A stretch of 64,000 nucleotides of DNA from contig NC_043003.1 in the NCBI RefSeq assembly GCF_006345805.1, positions 42,718,001 to 42,782,000 on the forward strand. Reading direction: 5' to 3'. The notes below the pieces were generated by a model. That model saw only the letters and a program-made list of their open reading frames with translations. It was not told where the DNA came from and made no database searches. This DNA comes from Octopus sinensis. Lineage: Eukaryota. Shown one piece after another: positions 1 to 11,849 of the stretch. The first letter of the stretch is position 1. Each line of letters opens with the position of its first letter. The translations under genes and the position numbers were made by a program.

Positions 1-21
1 TATATATATATATATATATAT

Positions 22-142
22 CACATGGTTTCGAGATTCCTTTCACTGCGCAGCACTTGCACAAGTATTTTCTACCATAGCCACGAGCCGACCAATGTCT
101 TGTGAGTGGATTTGGTAGACTGAAACAGAAAGAAGTTCGTCG

Positions 143-143
<1 letters not shown>
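22..143 (+). mobile_element. SINE family B, 5' half, truncated
   Basis: Matches the head and body of the fuller copies at 11441-11790 and 55690-55856 (cacatggtt...gtgagtggatttggtagac.gaaac.gaaagaag..cgtcgtata); ends in (TA)n. Confidence 0.8.
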
Positions 144-203
<60 letters not shown>

Positions 204-213
204 TGTGTGTGCG

Positions 214-260
<47 letters not shown>

Positions 261-262
<2 letters not shown>

Positions 263-550
263 TTTGTTCCTTCTCGATCCACGCCTGGCTCATAAGGGGC
301 GGTTTCTCGGTTTCCATGGCGTATAGGTTCCCCACCTGGACGGAACGTCGGTCTGTTGCAAGTGAGCTGCAAGATGCAGAAGGAAAGAGTGAGAAAGTTG
401 TGGCGAAAGAGTCAGCAGAAGTTCGCCATTACCTTCTGCCGGAGCAGCGTGGAGCTTATGTGCTTTCGCTCATGGACACACATTGTCCGGTCTGAGATTC
501 GAACCTGCGATCCCTCGACCTCGAGTCCGCTACTCTAACCACTAAGCCAT
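261..550 (-). mobile_element. tRNA-derived SINE family C
   Basis: Minus strand begins gtggaggcacatggcttagtggttagagtagcggactcgag...ggttcgaatctcagacc (A/B-box-like); homologous to 36800-37097 and to the head at 5524. Confidence 0.8.
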
Positions 551-581
551 GTGCCTCCACACACACACACATATATATATA

Positions 582-750
582 ACGGTCATTTTCATAGCAT
601 TTTTTCCGATGGCCAGATAACTGAAGAGATGGCGGCGTGGATTTCCACTTCGGCATCCGAAACTCGGAGTTTTCTCATGGCTACCGAATAATTGTCATAT
701 ATTACATTTACAGATAAATTCCGCTATTTACAATACCGAGGTCTCAATGC
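582..750 (+). mobile_element. Short repeat family P1 (Penelope-like end / retrozyme-like) with hammerhead motif
   Basis: Homologous to 9372-9580 and 52541-53294; contains CTGAAGA-stem-GAAAC at 621-663. Confidence 0.6.
616..675 (+). ncRNA. Candidate type I hammerhead ribozyme
   Basis: GATAA CTGAAGA [GATGGCGGCGTGGA TT TCCACTTCGGCATC] C GAAACTC G GAGT T TT: canonical core, long stem II, near-palindromic stem III, GUU cleavage triplet. Confidence 0.6.
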
Positions 751-799
751 TTGGCTACTGCCATTTCGTGTTGCTACATAATTTTACTTCACTAATTCC

Positions 800-1880
800 T
801 TTTAGAAATTCACATATGGTGTATGATGGAGTTTCATGCCGCCGCTCTAATCTGCACTTCCTGCTATGAAGTTAGTTCATCTGGGACACTTGAGAGTAAG
901 AGGTCTAATTTCGTTTTGAAGGCAGCTACATCCACCCCATGTAGATCTTTCAGGTCCTTCGGGAGGATATTGAAGAGCTGTGGGCCTTTAAAGCCAATGC
1001 TGTTGCAATAACTTGTCCTATATCTTGATGGCGAAGTTGGAGTCTTTGGTACTATGCAGTGACGCCCTCTTCTAGTATCTGTGTAACTCCCTGTGCCAAA
1101 GCTTGGGATAAGTCCCTCTAGGATTTTACAGATGTATATTATGGCATATCTTTCCCGCCTACGCTCTAGAGGATAGAGTCTCAATCTCTTGAGTATTTCC
1201 CAGGAGCTTATATGCTGCATAGAGGCTATCTTCTTCGTGTAGCTTCGTTGGATTGCCTCAAGTTCTGCAATTGATTTTACACTGGTTGGTGACCATAGCT
1301 GGGAGAAATAGTCAAAGCGGCTTGGGGCAAGTGTCCACCAGAGGACCATTGCGGTTTCCTGATCTCTCGTTCTAAAATTTCCAAGAATCCATCCAGACAG
1401 CCGCCTGCATTTCATTGCCAACTTAGCAACATGCACATGGAAGGATGCATCATTACTCATGTAAATGCCAGGTCGCGCACTGACTGTGTCTCTGGGATTG
1501 CAATCCCGCCAGGTCCAGTGTATTTAATTGGTATTGCATTTAGTTTTGCATGCTGATAGCACAAAGCATGAAACTTTTCAGCATTAAACTGCATGCTATT
1601 CTTCTCAGCCCACTTGTATATTTCATCCAAGTCACATTGCAGGTGCATAGCGTTCTCAGGGTTCTATATCACCTGTGAGGCTTTTGTATCATCTGCATAA
1701 TTTGTGTTCGTGACTCTCTGTGTGGCTGAGGGCATATCTGAGAGGGCCATTATAAACAGTAGTGCCTTGCAGAACACCGCTTACGATTTGCGTGTCATTG
1801 GAGATGGCCCCATTAGGTACTACTACTTGACTTCTGTCCTTCAGAAAGTCATGCAGCCATTCTCTTAATTTCCCGATATA
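800..1880 (-). mobile_element. CR1/L2-type non-LTR retrotransposon, 3' fragment of RT ORF (frameshifted)
   Basis: Successive ORFs give LREWLHDFLKDRSQVVV..SGVLQG, YADDTK (tatgcagatgatacaaaa, ~1681-1698), LQCDLDEIYKWAEKNSMQFNAEKF, LEAIQRSYTK, LERRRERY. Confidence 0.9.
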
Positions 1881-2321
1881 TATATATATATATAACATAT
1901 GTTCGGCCTGAGTAATTTTTACTTGTGGAATTTTTGCATCTGTTAGTTAGGAAACATATGTTGTATGGATTTTACCTGCTCCATTCCCTCAATTTGGATT
2001 TTTTTCGCATACCTAGCAACTCTAGTTGCTAATCGAGAACTAAAAGGAATCTTTTTCAGCTTATCGAAATTCGATATGGGAAATTATTACAACCATCTAC
2101 GTCAATAAATGTTTCCTGAAAGTTTCTTTTTTAATACTTACCACGGTCTGCCCGAAGCTTACTAAATACACCTAGATCCTTAGATCTTAGAATTACACAT
2201 CATTAAACACACGCGCACACACATACACACACACACATACGTATATATAACAGCATACACATACAGAATGAGAGAAAGAGAAAAACAGACAGGCAGACAG
2301 ATAGACAGACAGAGAGACACA

Positions 2322-2475
2322 GGCGTAGTTGTGTGGTCAGAACCTTGTTTCCCGATCACATGGTTCCGGGATTAGTCTCACTGCGCGGCACTTGGACAAG
2401 TATTTTCTACCATAGCTACGAGGCACCCAATGTCTTGTGAGTGGATTTGGTAGACTGAAACCGAAAGAAGTCGTA
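2322..2475 (+). mobile_element. SINE family B, 5' half
   Basis: ggcgtagttgtgtggt...cacatggttccggga...gtgagtggatttggtagac. Confidence 0.8.
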
Positions 2476-2511
2476 TATATGTGCGTGTGTGTTCATACAT
2501 ACCTACATACG

Positions 2512-2544
<33 letters not shown>

Positions 2545-2712
2545 ATATTTTCTTTTAATTTCTCTCCTTGTTTCTTTGTTCCTTTCTGTGAAAGAGCGTA
2601 GGCTCGAAACGTTAAAAAACCTTTACACTTCCCGAGCGTCAAACTAATACATCTGTTTGTTGTCTGCACCATCTATCTTTGTCTTTTGTTCTTTTTGTGA
2701 ATGCTCCCTATA
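2545..2712 (+). mobile_element. Short repeat family P2 (Penelope-like end) between (TA)n runs
   Basis: Homologous to 49560-49685 (gagcgtaggct.gaaacgttaaa...cttcc.gagcgt.aaactaatacatctgtttgt). Confidence 0.55.
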
Positions 2713-2717
2713 AATAA

Positions 2718-2805
<88 letters not shown>

Positions 2806-2931
2806 AAATACTCTCAAGTTCGTCAATTGGGACTTGGGTTCGTAAGCAAAAACAAGTCTGATCTGAATAGAATTTAATATTACTGAGTAAACACTGAATT
2901 GTGACTCAATATATATTGCATTATTATATAC

Positions 2932-3327
2932 AAGGCGGCAAGCTGGCAGAAACGCTAGCACGCCGTGCGAAATGCTTAGCGGTTTTCCGTCTGTCTTTAC
3001 GTTCTGAGTTCAAATCCCCCGAGGTCGACATTGCCCTTTATCATTCCGGGGTCGATAAATTAAGTACCAGTTACGGACTGGAGTCGATGTAATCGACTTA
3101 ATCCGTTTGTCTATCCTTGTTTCTCCTCTCTGTGCTTAGCCCCTTGTGGGTAGTAAAGAAATAGGTATATCGTCTGTCGTTATATTTTGAGTTCGAATTC
3201 CGCCGAAGTCTACATTGCCCTTCATCGTTTCGGGGTCGATAAATTAAGTACCAGTTGCGTATTGAGGTCGATCTGATCGACTGCCCCGCCCCAGGAAAAT
3301 TTGAGCCTTGTGCCTAGAGTAGAAAAG
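2932..3327 (+). mobile_element. SINE family A, dimeric, with 12-bp TSD
   Basis: Head aggcggc.agctggcagaaacg.tagc; second headless monomer from ~3167; attattatatac at 2920-2931 and 3328-3339. Confidence 0.9.
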
Positions 3328-3843
3328 ATTATTATATACCATGGAAATGTAATATTGTGAAAATACTAACTTGATATTTCTTTTCAAGTATTACATAATT
3401 TAACAAATGATTCTCTAATCTTGTAATTATTGAGATGAGTTGCATCTGTTTTATTTTTGTCAAGCTGCAATGAAATGGAAATAGAAATAATATTGAAATT
3501 ACGAAAATAACTCGAATCGATTTCCCGGTAGCTGAGAAGAGTAGACAGGGAACTCGTTAGAGAAATTGGTTAGGATTGATATTCCAAAGTGAAATATATT
3601 ATTCTCATGAAAGATGATTGGTTTGAAAGAAAAAGAGAAAAAAGAAAAAAAGTTTTTGTCTTGTTTTTTTTTTTTAGCAAAGAGGCTCGGCTATGCTCTT
3701 ATGAGGGTATCTTTTATGCCATTGAAGAAAAAGGAATACGTAGTTATTTGTTTGCAAATAAAGAGTGTTTGGCGTCAGAGCAAATCTCGTGTAAATACAT
3801 TTACGTACGCACACATGCATACAGACACATACGGCATATATAA

Positions 3844-4075
3844 GGCGGCGAGCTGGCAGAAACGTTAGCGCGCCGGGCGAAATACCTAGTAGTTTTTCGT
3901 CTGCCGCTACGTTCTGAGTTCAAATTCCGCCGAGGTCGACTTTGCCTTCCATCCTTTCGGGGTCAATAAATTAAGTACCAGTTACGCACTGGGTTCGATG
4001 TAATCGATTTAATCCCTTTGTCTGTCCTTGTTTGCCCCCTCTATGTTTAGCCTCTCGTGGGCAATAAAAAAATAA
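3844..4075 (+). mobile_element. SINE family A monomer
   Basis: ggcggcgagctggcagaaacgttagc...gttctgagttcaaattccgccgaggtcgac...gtgggcaataaa. Confidence 0.9.
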
Positions 4076-5523
4076 GACACACACTGCATATAAACACACT
4101 CACACACACATACGCATACAGAAACCCGCACATGCGCGTACGTGCGTGCTCACACATACACACAAACACACACATATGTATTACTTTTGAAGTCGAAATC
4201 ACCACAAAATTACTTTAGGGACTCGAGTTTCGTTTATGACATTTGTGTATCTCGTCTCCATCTTCCTCTTTATGTGTACGCGCGTTTGTGTATAAGAGAG
4301 AGAGAGAGAGAGTGAGAGAGGCGGGTAGAAAGACAGATTGTGTGTTTACGCGCGTGTGAATGTATGCGTATGTGTGTGCGTATGTAAAGAATGAAGTGGT
4401 TTTCTTTCAAACATATATTAAAGATATGATTGCGTTCAAGTTTAATCTATTTTACTAAGGATTTTTCATATTTCCTTTTTACTCCTCTATGTTTAGCTCG
4501 AAATATTATAAATTTGCTCGTTGAAGCAGCAAAAAACCCAGAATATACATCAGTATTTCGGCAAAAGCCGATCGAACATCAAATAGACATAGCGACGCAG
4601 AACAGAATGAAATATTATCAACGGAAATCCCTCTATTGAAAACAGGATATCGAAAAATCAGTAACAAACGTTTACTTAGTAATATCTTCTCAGGTATCGA
4701 TGATCTGTAGATTCTGCTTTGAAGTCGAATAAGCAATAACACTATATACGAGCTCAGTAGGCTTTCTAACGAGTAAAGCATTACTGCCCACTCATGGACA
4801 CAGATTCAGTAACGTCTCACAGCACAATCTCAGCCCTGTTCGAATTACATCACACAATTTCGACATATTTTCACCTCAAAGTAAAATATATCTAAAACAT
4901 GAAGAAGTTCGAACTTGAATTAATCTTCTCAATCTCTTGAGGATCTTTCTGATAAAAGGAGTTTAAAAACTTTAATGGCAAACAACGAAATATATTCAAA
5001 TATGAATTCAAAAACATCGATATTAACACAACAAAAGCAAACTTAACAAGTTACTGGTGTGTATAATATTTATAATGTTTATACAAGCGTGAAACAGCAT
5101 GAGCTGTAACATTTTGTTTCAGTCAACATATCAGAGACTTGTATGTTGAAAACACAGGGTTTCGCTCAGAACATCGGTGCATCGCCAGACACGGTGATTC
5201 AACCTGATTTGGCTTTCTCACTGACGGCTACCCTGGACTGTGTGACCTAATCAAAAATACTTGTTCCGATATAGAAATTGATAAACTAAATGTTTACTGG
5301 TTTGTGCAAAAGCTAGCCTTGTTTAAATTAAGTTGATATACATACTTGAAGCAATCCTAGATAAAAATACTAGGGTATATAACATTCATAATGTGCATAC
5401 AAACGTAGTATTTTAATATAGGACTGTTTCAAGTGCGTATGTCAATGTACTGAAGCTAACACTGCAGGATTTGTAAAATAATGAGAATGTACGAGCAGCT
5501 TGAAAGGGATAAGAGCAACCCGT

Positions 5524-6083
5524 GTGGAGGCGCAATGGCCCAGTGATTAGGGCAGCGGACTCGCGGTCGTAAGAACGCGGTTTCGATTCCCAGACCGGGC
5601 ATTATGTGTGTTTATTGAGCAAAATCCCCGCTGTACTCTTTCACCACAACTTTCTCTCACTCTTTTCCTACTTCTGCCACAAAGCAGAGGAACTATGGTG
5701 TAACCCACTATGGTGCGGTAAACTTTCAGACCCTAGTCTAGATTGCGAATTCTCTGTACCCCAGGATGTTTCAGCTCTCCACCCGTTAAAAACCACCGTT
5801 TACGGAATGAGCATAACAACGTAGATTTCGCGCCCGTGTAACCGCCAGTCTATCGCGTGTGGTGGGTGGACCTTCAAGTTGCCACACGCATTCTTTGTAG
5901 CTGAGAGTAGGCTGGAATTAGAGATTATTCTTTGTGGCTAATGGCGTGAGTCCTGATTGGAAGAAGAAGAAGAAGAAGAAGAAGAAGAAGAAGAAGAAGA
6001 AGAAGAAGAAGAAGAAGAAGAAGAAGAAGAAGAAGAAGAAGAAGAAGAAGAAGAAGAAGAAGAAGAAGAAGAAGAAGAAGAAG
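5524..6083 (+). mobile_element. Chimeric SINE: family C head, distinct body, (GAA)n tail, TSD
   Basis: Head gtggaggcgcaatggcccagtg...gtttcgattccc; aagagcaacc(c/a)gt at 5511-5523 and 6084-6096. Confidence 0.8.
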
Positions 6084-6086
6084 AAG
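5961..6086. repeat. Perfect (GAA)n tract, about 40 units
   Basis: Direct reading; explains the poly-K and poly-E ORFs and the antisense poly-F ORF. Confidence 0.98.
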
Positions 6087-8164
6087 AGCAACCAGTTAGT
6101 CATTACATACAAGAACGAATGCATAACAAAAGAAAACAATATATAATGTGATAAGAAGAAGAACATTGAAATTAGGGAGGAGATCGCTGCCCAACTTATT
6201 AGTAGCCTCAACAAATCAGTAATTATTGTGAAAGATTATATAGGATCTATACCTCACTAGTTCTAAGAAAGGTTTAACATTTATTGATATGTTAAGTCAC
6301 ATAATCAAAATTTTCTTTTAACTATAATATTCGAAATCAATGTAACCATGATGAAGTCGTCCAATGACTAGACAATACCGTAAAGAAATATGTTCCGATC
6401 AAATTTAGCAGAGGATCATCAAATAGATTCTTAGAAATTTTCTATTGGCCAAACTTTCTCCATAAATGTAGAATGTCAATTTACCAAAGTTACATTAATA
6501 GAAACGATAGACAATGAGTATACATAAAATATATCAATGAAATGTGTTAAAAAGAAAAGCATCCTTGAAATGATTTATTGTTCTGCATAGCCATTTATTG
6601 TTGTGTGCAGAGAAAAATGCAGTCATTTTTCTTAAGTGGGGCTAATATTTTTGGTGTTTCGTAGAAAATATTTTCCTTAAAATTAGCCACATTATATTTA
6701 GCAGGTAAGTCGATGTCATTGAAGAACAGGTGATAAAAGAGTATTCTAGCTGAAATTGCGGGTACACAGTTCTGTCTATCTGTATGTGTGAGTGTGTAAA
6801 TATGTATTTGAATGTGTGTGTGAGTGTGTATGCACATGTGTGTATGTATGTGTGTGTGTGTCTTTGTGTGCACGTGCGTGTTTGTGCTACAGATCACGAA
6901 AAGGATAAAAAGGAAAGTGAAAATAGGTGTCGTTTGAACACAGATCACTAAGACTTGGAACAAATACTATCTCATTCCAATGATACTGTTAATTTGATGC
7001 TTACACTTATCAATCTATCTATTTATCTACACACACACACACACACACACACCACACACACACACACACACACAAATTTATCTATATGAATAAGCATATA
7101 TAATGAAGGTGCATACAGAGGTTATCACTCAAAATGTAGTCTTGACACTAAAAAAGAACCCAGGCCCAACGTTTTATGTATTGCAGGAAATGAGGAGATA
7201 AAAGAGACAATGACGGACTACCAATGGTGTGATAAGGGAGGGAAAAGATGTGCAGTAATTCCAAAGGAACAATTGGATGAGTTTATGGAAAGGTGCGAAA
7301 GGATGAACTGGGGAATAATTGAAGTGGATATGGAAGAAGAGATAAAAGAAATGGAAGAGAGATTTGAGAGGATAGAGGTGAAGACATATTTTATTAGGGC
7401 TGAGCAAGACTGAAGGACAGGTAAGTGATGCTAGCGGATGGGGCCGTTAGCACCACTTTCATATATCATTTTCATTGATTCATTTTACCCATAACTATGT
7501 AATTGTGATGTTCTATGTCCCCAATGTTTGTAGCGTCCCCTCTATGTAGCCCCTAGTGGGTAATAAAACATCACACTCAAAATTTAGTCTTGCACGAACT
7601 AGCTAGACTCGGATATGATCTTATATTTTATAACGTTAAAATTAAAAAATGACTAGTTACAAACCTTAATCGTGTCAAACTAGATGTGAACTTACGTCTA
7701 CAACTCCCTAGTTTTAAACTTGAGCCCCAGTCTAATAAAGGAATAATGTATATAATTAAACACTCAAACCACTCCTTAAGCATCTTCAGAAATATAGTTT
7801 CCAATACAGGTAATTTAACATCCTCTTTTTTCTTATGTGAAACAGCCTTCAACATAGCTACACCTTGCTACAACGATGCCCATTATGACTACAGCTTTAT
7901 ACTTCTAGGTAAAAACGAAAATTGCTTATGCAAACAGAAACAACTGCTGGCATCACCATAATGAATATGCTTTAACGGTTTTTGTGAACCAGCAACATTT
8001 TCTTATGATAAAGTTTAGGAGAAAATATTTGTTCACGTAATCAGATTGCTATTTCAGAAGTTTCCTCTGGAACTGTTGTACTTTATTCGCAGGTGACAGA
8101 ACTGTTCACTATGCTTTACAGGTGCCGCTGGATCTAACATATATTGATGGTCTTTTGAACAATA

Positions 8165-8378
8165 TTGCTTCTAGGTTTTGGTACAAGGCCAAACATTTCA
8201 GGGTGGGGAGTAGGTCGATTAGATCAATTCCAGTGCTCAACAGCTAATCATTTTTATTGCCCCCGAAAAAATGTAAGGCAAACATGACCTCGGCAACATT
8301 TGGACTCAGAATGTAAAGACGCACGAAATGCCAGTAAGCATTTTATCCGTGTAAACGATTCTGCTAGCTCGCCGCCTT
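8165..8378 (-). mobile_element. SINE family A, diverged
   Basis: Ends gattctgctagctcgccgcctt, the reverse complement of the head. Confidence 0.8.
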
Positions 8379-8759
8379 GGTCTTGTCTGCTAAATTGGAA
8401 AAGAATCTAATGATGTATGGGTTCTGAAGCAAGGCAAATTGAAAATGTCAAATGAGTGCACTATTTCTTACTAACTCGTTTAGAGGCCCACGATCGATCG
8501 TACTTTACAAGATCTGAAACGTTTCCTAACCATTAACGTTGGAGTCAGTCATGTTCTCCTGTGAGTTCAGACTAAGTCTCCCAGTAATATGCTAATGACT
8601 TGAGCGCACGCTTCAAAGAAAAACTGTATAGCTGAGACGACAAAAACCCTTCATCTCTCGATTCGCATGCGTGATACATCGTCTAATTAAGTTTCGGCAA
8701 CTCAGTTTATAAAAGCTTTATTTTATTGTGCCAGCTAGCGCCTGTCATTGAGAGAGGAG

Positions 8760-8761
<2 letters not shown>

Positions 8762-8830
<69 letters not shown>

Positions 8831-8831
8831 T

Positions 8832-8913
<82 letters not shown>

Positions 8914-8936
8914 GATATAGATATGTGTGTGTGTGT
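8762..8936. repeat. Compound (TA)n/(ATAG)n/(GT)n microsatellite
   Basis: Direct reading. Confidence 0.97.
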
Positions 8937-9157
8937 AAAAATAGGATTAAAAACATCCTGGCAGATATCAAGTAAGCACTCAGTATAAAGGAATAAGGTT
9001 AAATTTCCAATAAGTAGATACCAGCATATGTATGTAGAATACAAAAATTTTAAGAAATCCAGTGTTTTACCAACAATGAATAATATACACGAAGAAAATC
9101 ATATCTTTATTTTAGATCACACCTTAAAAATCCGACAATTGTCTTAATTGCATTAAC

Positions 9158-9247
<90 letters not shown>

Positions 9248-9334
9248 GTATATGTTAATGCAACTGAAATAATTGTTGGATTTTTAAGGTATGATTTAAA
9301 ATAAAGATACAATTTTCTTCGTACGTATTGATTG

Positions 9335-9371
<37 letters not shown>

Positions 9372-9372
<1 letters not shown>

Positions 9373-9580
9373 CTGTAAAAGTAAGATGTGACAATTATTC
9401 AGTAGCCATGATAAAATTCCGAGTTTCGGATGCCGAGGTGGAAATGCACGCCGCTATCTCTTCAGTTATCCGGCCATCGGAAAAATGCTTTGAAAAATAT
9501 TACTTTTACAGATAAATTCCTCTATTTACATAATATCGAGGTCTCTTTCTTTCTTTTGTTATCTTACCATTTTTATCAAT
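9372..9580. mobile_element. Family P1 copy with the hammerhead half inverted relative to the tail half
   Basis: 9410-9470 is the reverse complement of the 616-675 motif; 9505-9575 is co-oriented with 710-750. Confidence 0.6.
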
Positions 9581-9599
9581 ATATACATATATATATTAT

Positions 9600-9805
9600 T
9601 ACGGAGATGTACTCGCATAGCAAGTAATTTGATCTGAGATCGTGTGCTGAAACGAAAACAATTGCAGTGTGGAAGGTGTTTATAAGCTATTTAAGAAACA
9701 CACAAAAGCCGTTCGATTCACTTCAACATTTAAGTTTAATTTGTCAAAATATTTTCTTCGCTAAAATCCGCGACCTGTTCACTGACAAAGTCCGTGCTGC
9801 ATCTA
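9600..9805 (-). mobile_element. Short repeat P5 between (TA)n runs with a minimal hammerhead-like motif
   Basis: Minus strand 9787-9742: TGTCA GTGAACA G GTCGC GGATTTTA GCGAA GAA AATATT T TGACA. Confidence 0.45.
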
Positions 9806-10083
9806 TATATATATAAATTGTGGAACAACCATCAACACACTTATTGCTGTTGTAATGAAATTTTATCCCTAGCAATTACAGAAACCATGAGTGGCTTTCA
9901 GAATGTGCAATGATGGCTTTTAAAAATAACGTTGTGCACGATATTAATGCCGCCATCATTCAAGAGCTATCAGCCCAGTCCAGATGGTACAAGTCAGCTA
10001 ACACCATAGCTGACGTTAGTAATGCCCCCAATTATCCATTAAGTTTCGAACGTGTTTACATGCATGTACATAAGTGTATATAG

Positions 10084-10126
<43 letters not shown>

Positions 10127-11440
10127 AATATAATCATGTATGTGTGTATGGTATGTGTGCTGCCTACGTGCGCGCATTCGTGTTGTAATTTTAGCCAAAC
10201 AAAAATGCGCGTTTACCGTTATTATATTCAGTTTAACGGCTCACTTTGTCTTGTGATCTCAGTTCTTGTATATATTAGTCATTTGCTTAATCTTGAATTT
10301 CATTAAAACATCAATTATTGATTCATTTGCATGTTATGTGAACACTTAGCTACATTAAGCATAGCATATATTTTCGTGTGAATTTCGAAATGAATGGGTC
10401 GTGTTAATAATCGTTTTCTAAATGCGTTCTGGAATATTCTTTCCTTATTTTCCATCCACCTTCTTATCACCCGCAGTCTCTTAATTACAGATTTGTCATC
10501 AAATCTTGTGGTATTTTAAAATACTTAATGTATCATGTCTTCAGCGCTGCTATAAGAGGCAGGCTATATCATATCACTGTTACGAAATCACATGCTGTCC
10601 TCTGTCCACTATCACAAAGACCGATGTGCTATATTGGGTACAGCAAATGTATTCATGTATGCAATAATGTTTTCAATGATCTTATAAAATTATAATTTGT
10701 TTCTTCTTCACTAAGTTATTTTTATAGTTATATTTTTATTGTTAAAAACTTTAATATTTTATTTCAGCAACGTGTATTCTCTCACTTTCGATTTCTTCTA
10801 CTTTGTTATTTGGCAGAAACGGAAACGCAATTTATTCTTACTCAATAATTTTTTTCAAATGCAAGTCATGATCGAGAATTAAAAACATTTATGTTCCACT
10901 TCTATCCACCTTTAAGCAAGTTTACTGGAGAGAGGTATTTCTTTCCCCAACCGCACTGTCTCCCTCAGATTATCCTAGGAAAGCATATGAACTTTTAACC
11001 GAAGAATTAAAGTCCTTCCCGCTTGATATTGTCCACTAACCCTGCTTCTTCATAGTTACAAAACAAATAAGGCTTTCTGCATTTAATTTAGATTACATCT
11101 ATTGGCGTAGAAACTAAAGAATGCAATTCTAAAATATGGAGAAACGTGTGTATGAAGTGTTACAGTATTGACAAATAATATTTTTATGTATTTAACTCTT
11201 CAATTAAGAATATATATACTGTGTTAATATATCTACTGTGTTTCATTTATGTAAGTTATACTTTATCTGATTGATTAATTCATAAATATTCGTAAGTCTA
11301 TGTTTGAGTAATTTTTGTTGCTAATATTTTTCTGCCTCACATCATCATTTATTTTCCTCTCTTTAAGGTTTCTTTTATGCATATTTTATAAATCTGTTCT
11401 CATTCCAGCTCTTGTAGTTAATTCTTCAATTTAATATTTG

Positions 11441-11790
11441 TACTCTTTACTCTTTTACTCTTTTACTTGTTCCAGTCATTTGACTGCGGATTTACTCATT
11501 GTAAGCCTAGTACTTATTCTATCGGTCCCTCCTGCCGAACCGCTAAGTTACGGGGAAGTAAACACACCAGCATCAGCTGCCAAGCGATGCTGGTGGGACA
11601 AACACAGACACACACACACACATATATATACATATATACGACGGGCTTCTTTCAGTTTCCGTCTACCAAATCCACTCACAAGGCCCGAGGCTATAGTAGA
11701 AGTCACTGGCCCAAGGTGCAACGCAGTGGGACTGAACGCGAAACCATGTGGTTGGTAAGCAAGCTACTACCACACAGCCACTCCTATGCA
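11441..11790 (-). mobile_element. SINE family B, near full length, internal (CA)n/(TA)n
   Basis: Head ggagtggctgtgtggtagtagcttgcttaccaaccacatgg...; tail gcagtcaaatgactggaacaagtaaaagagtaaaagag on the minus strand. Confidence 0.9.
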
Positions 11791-11849
11791 TGACAGCAAA
11801 AGTTTCTTGTTTTGGTCAACAGCAGCGTAAAACATGCAGTCGCTGGTAT

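Noticed and set aside
4770-5300. Possible decayed LINE C-terminal knuckle on the plus strand
   Set aside because: Only scattered C/ET/RH residues with many stops; not distinguishable from chance by eye
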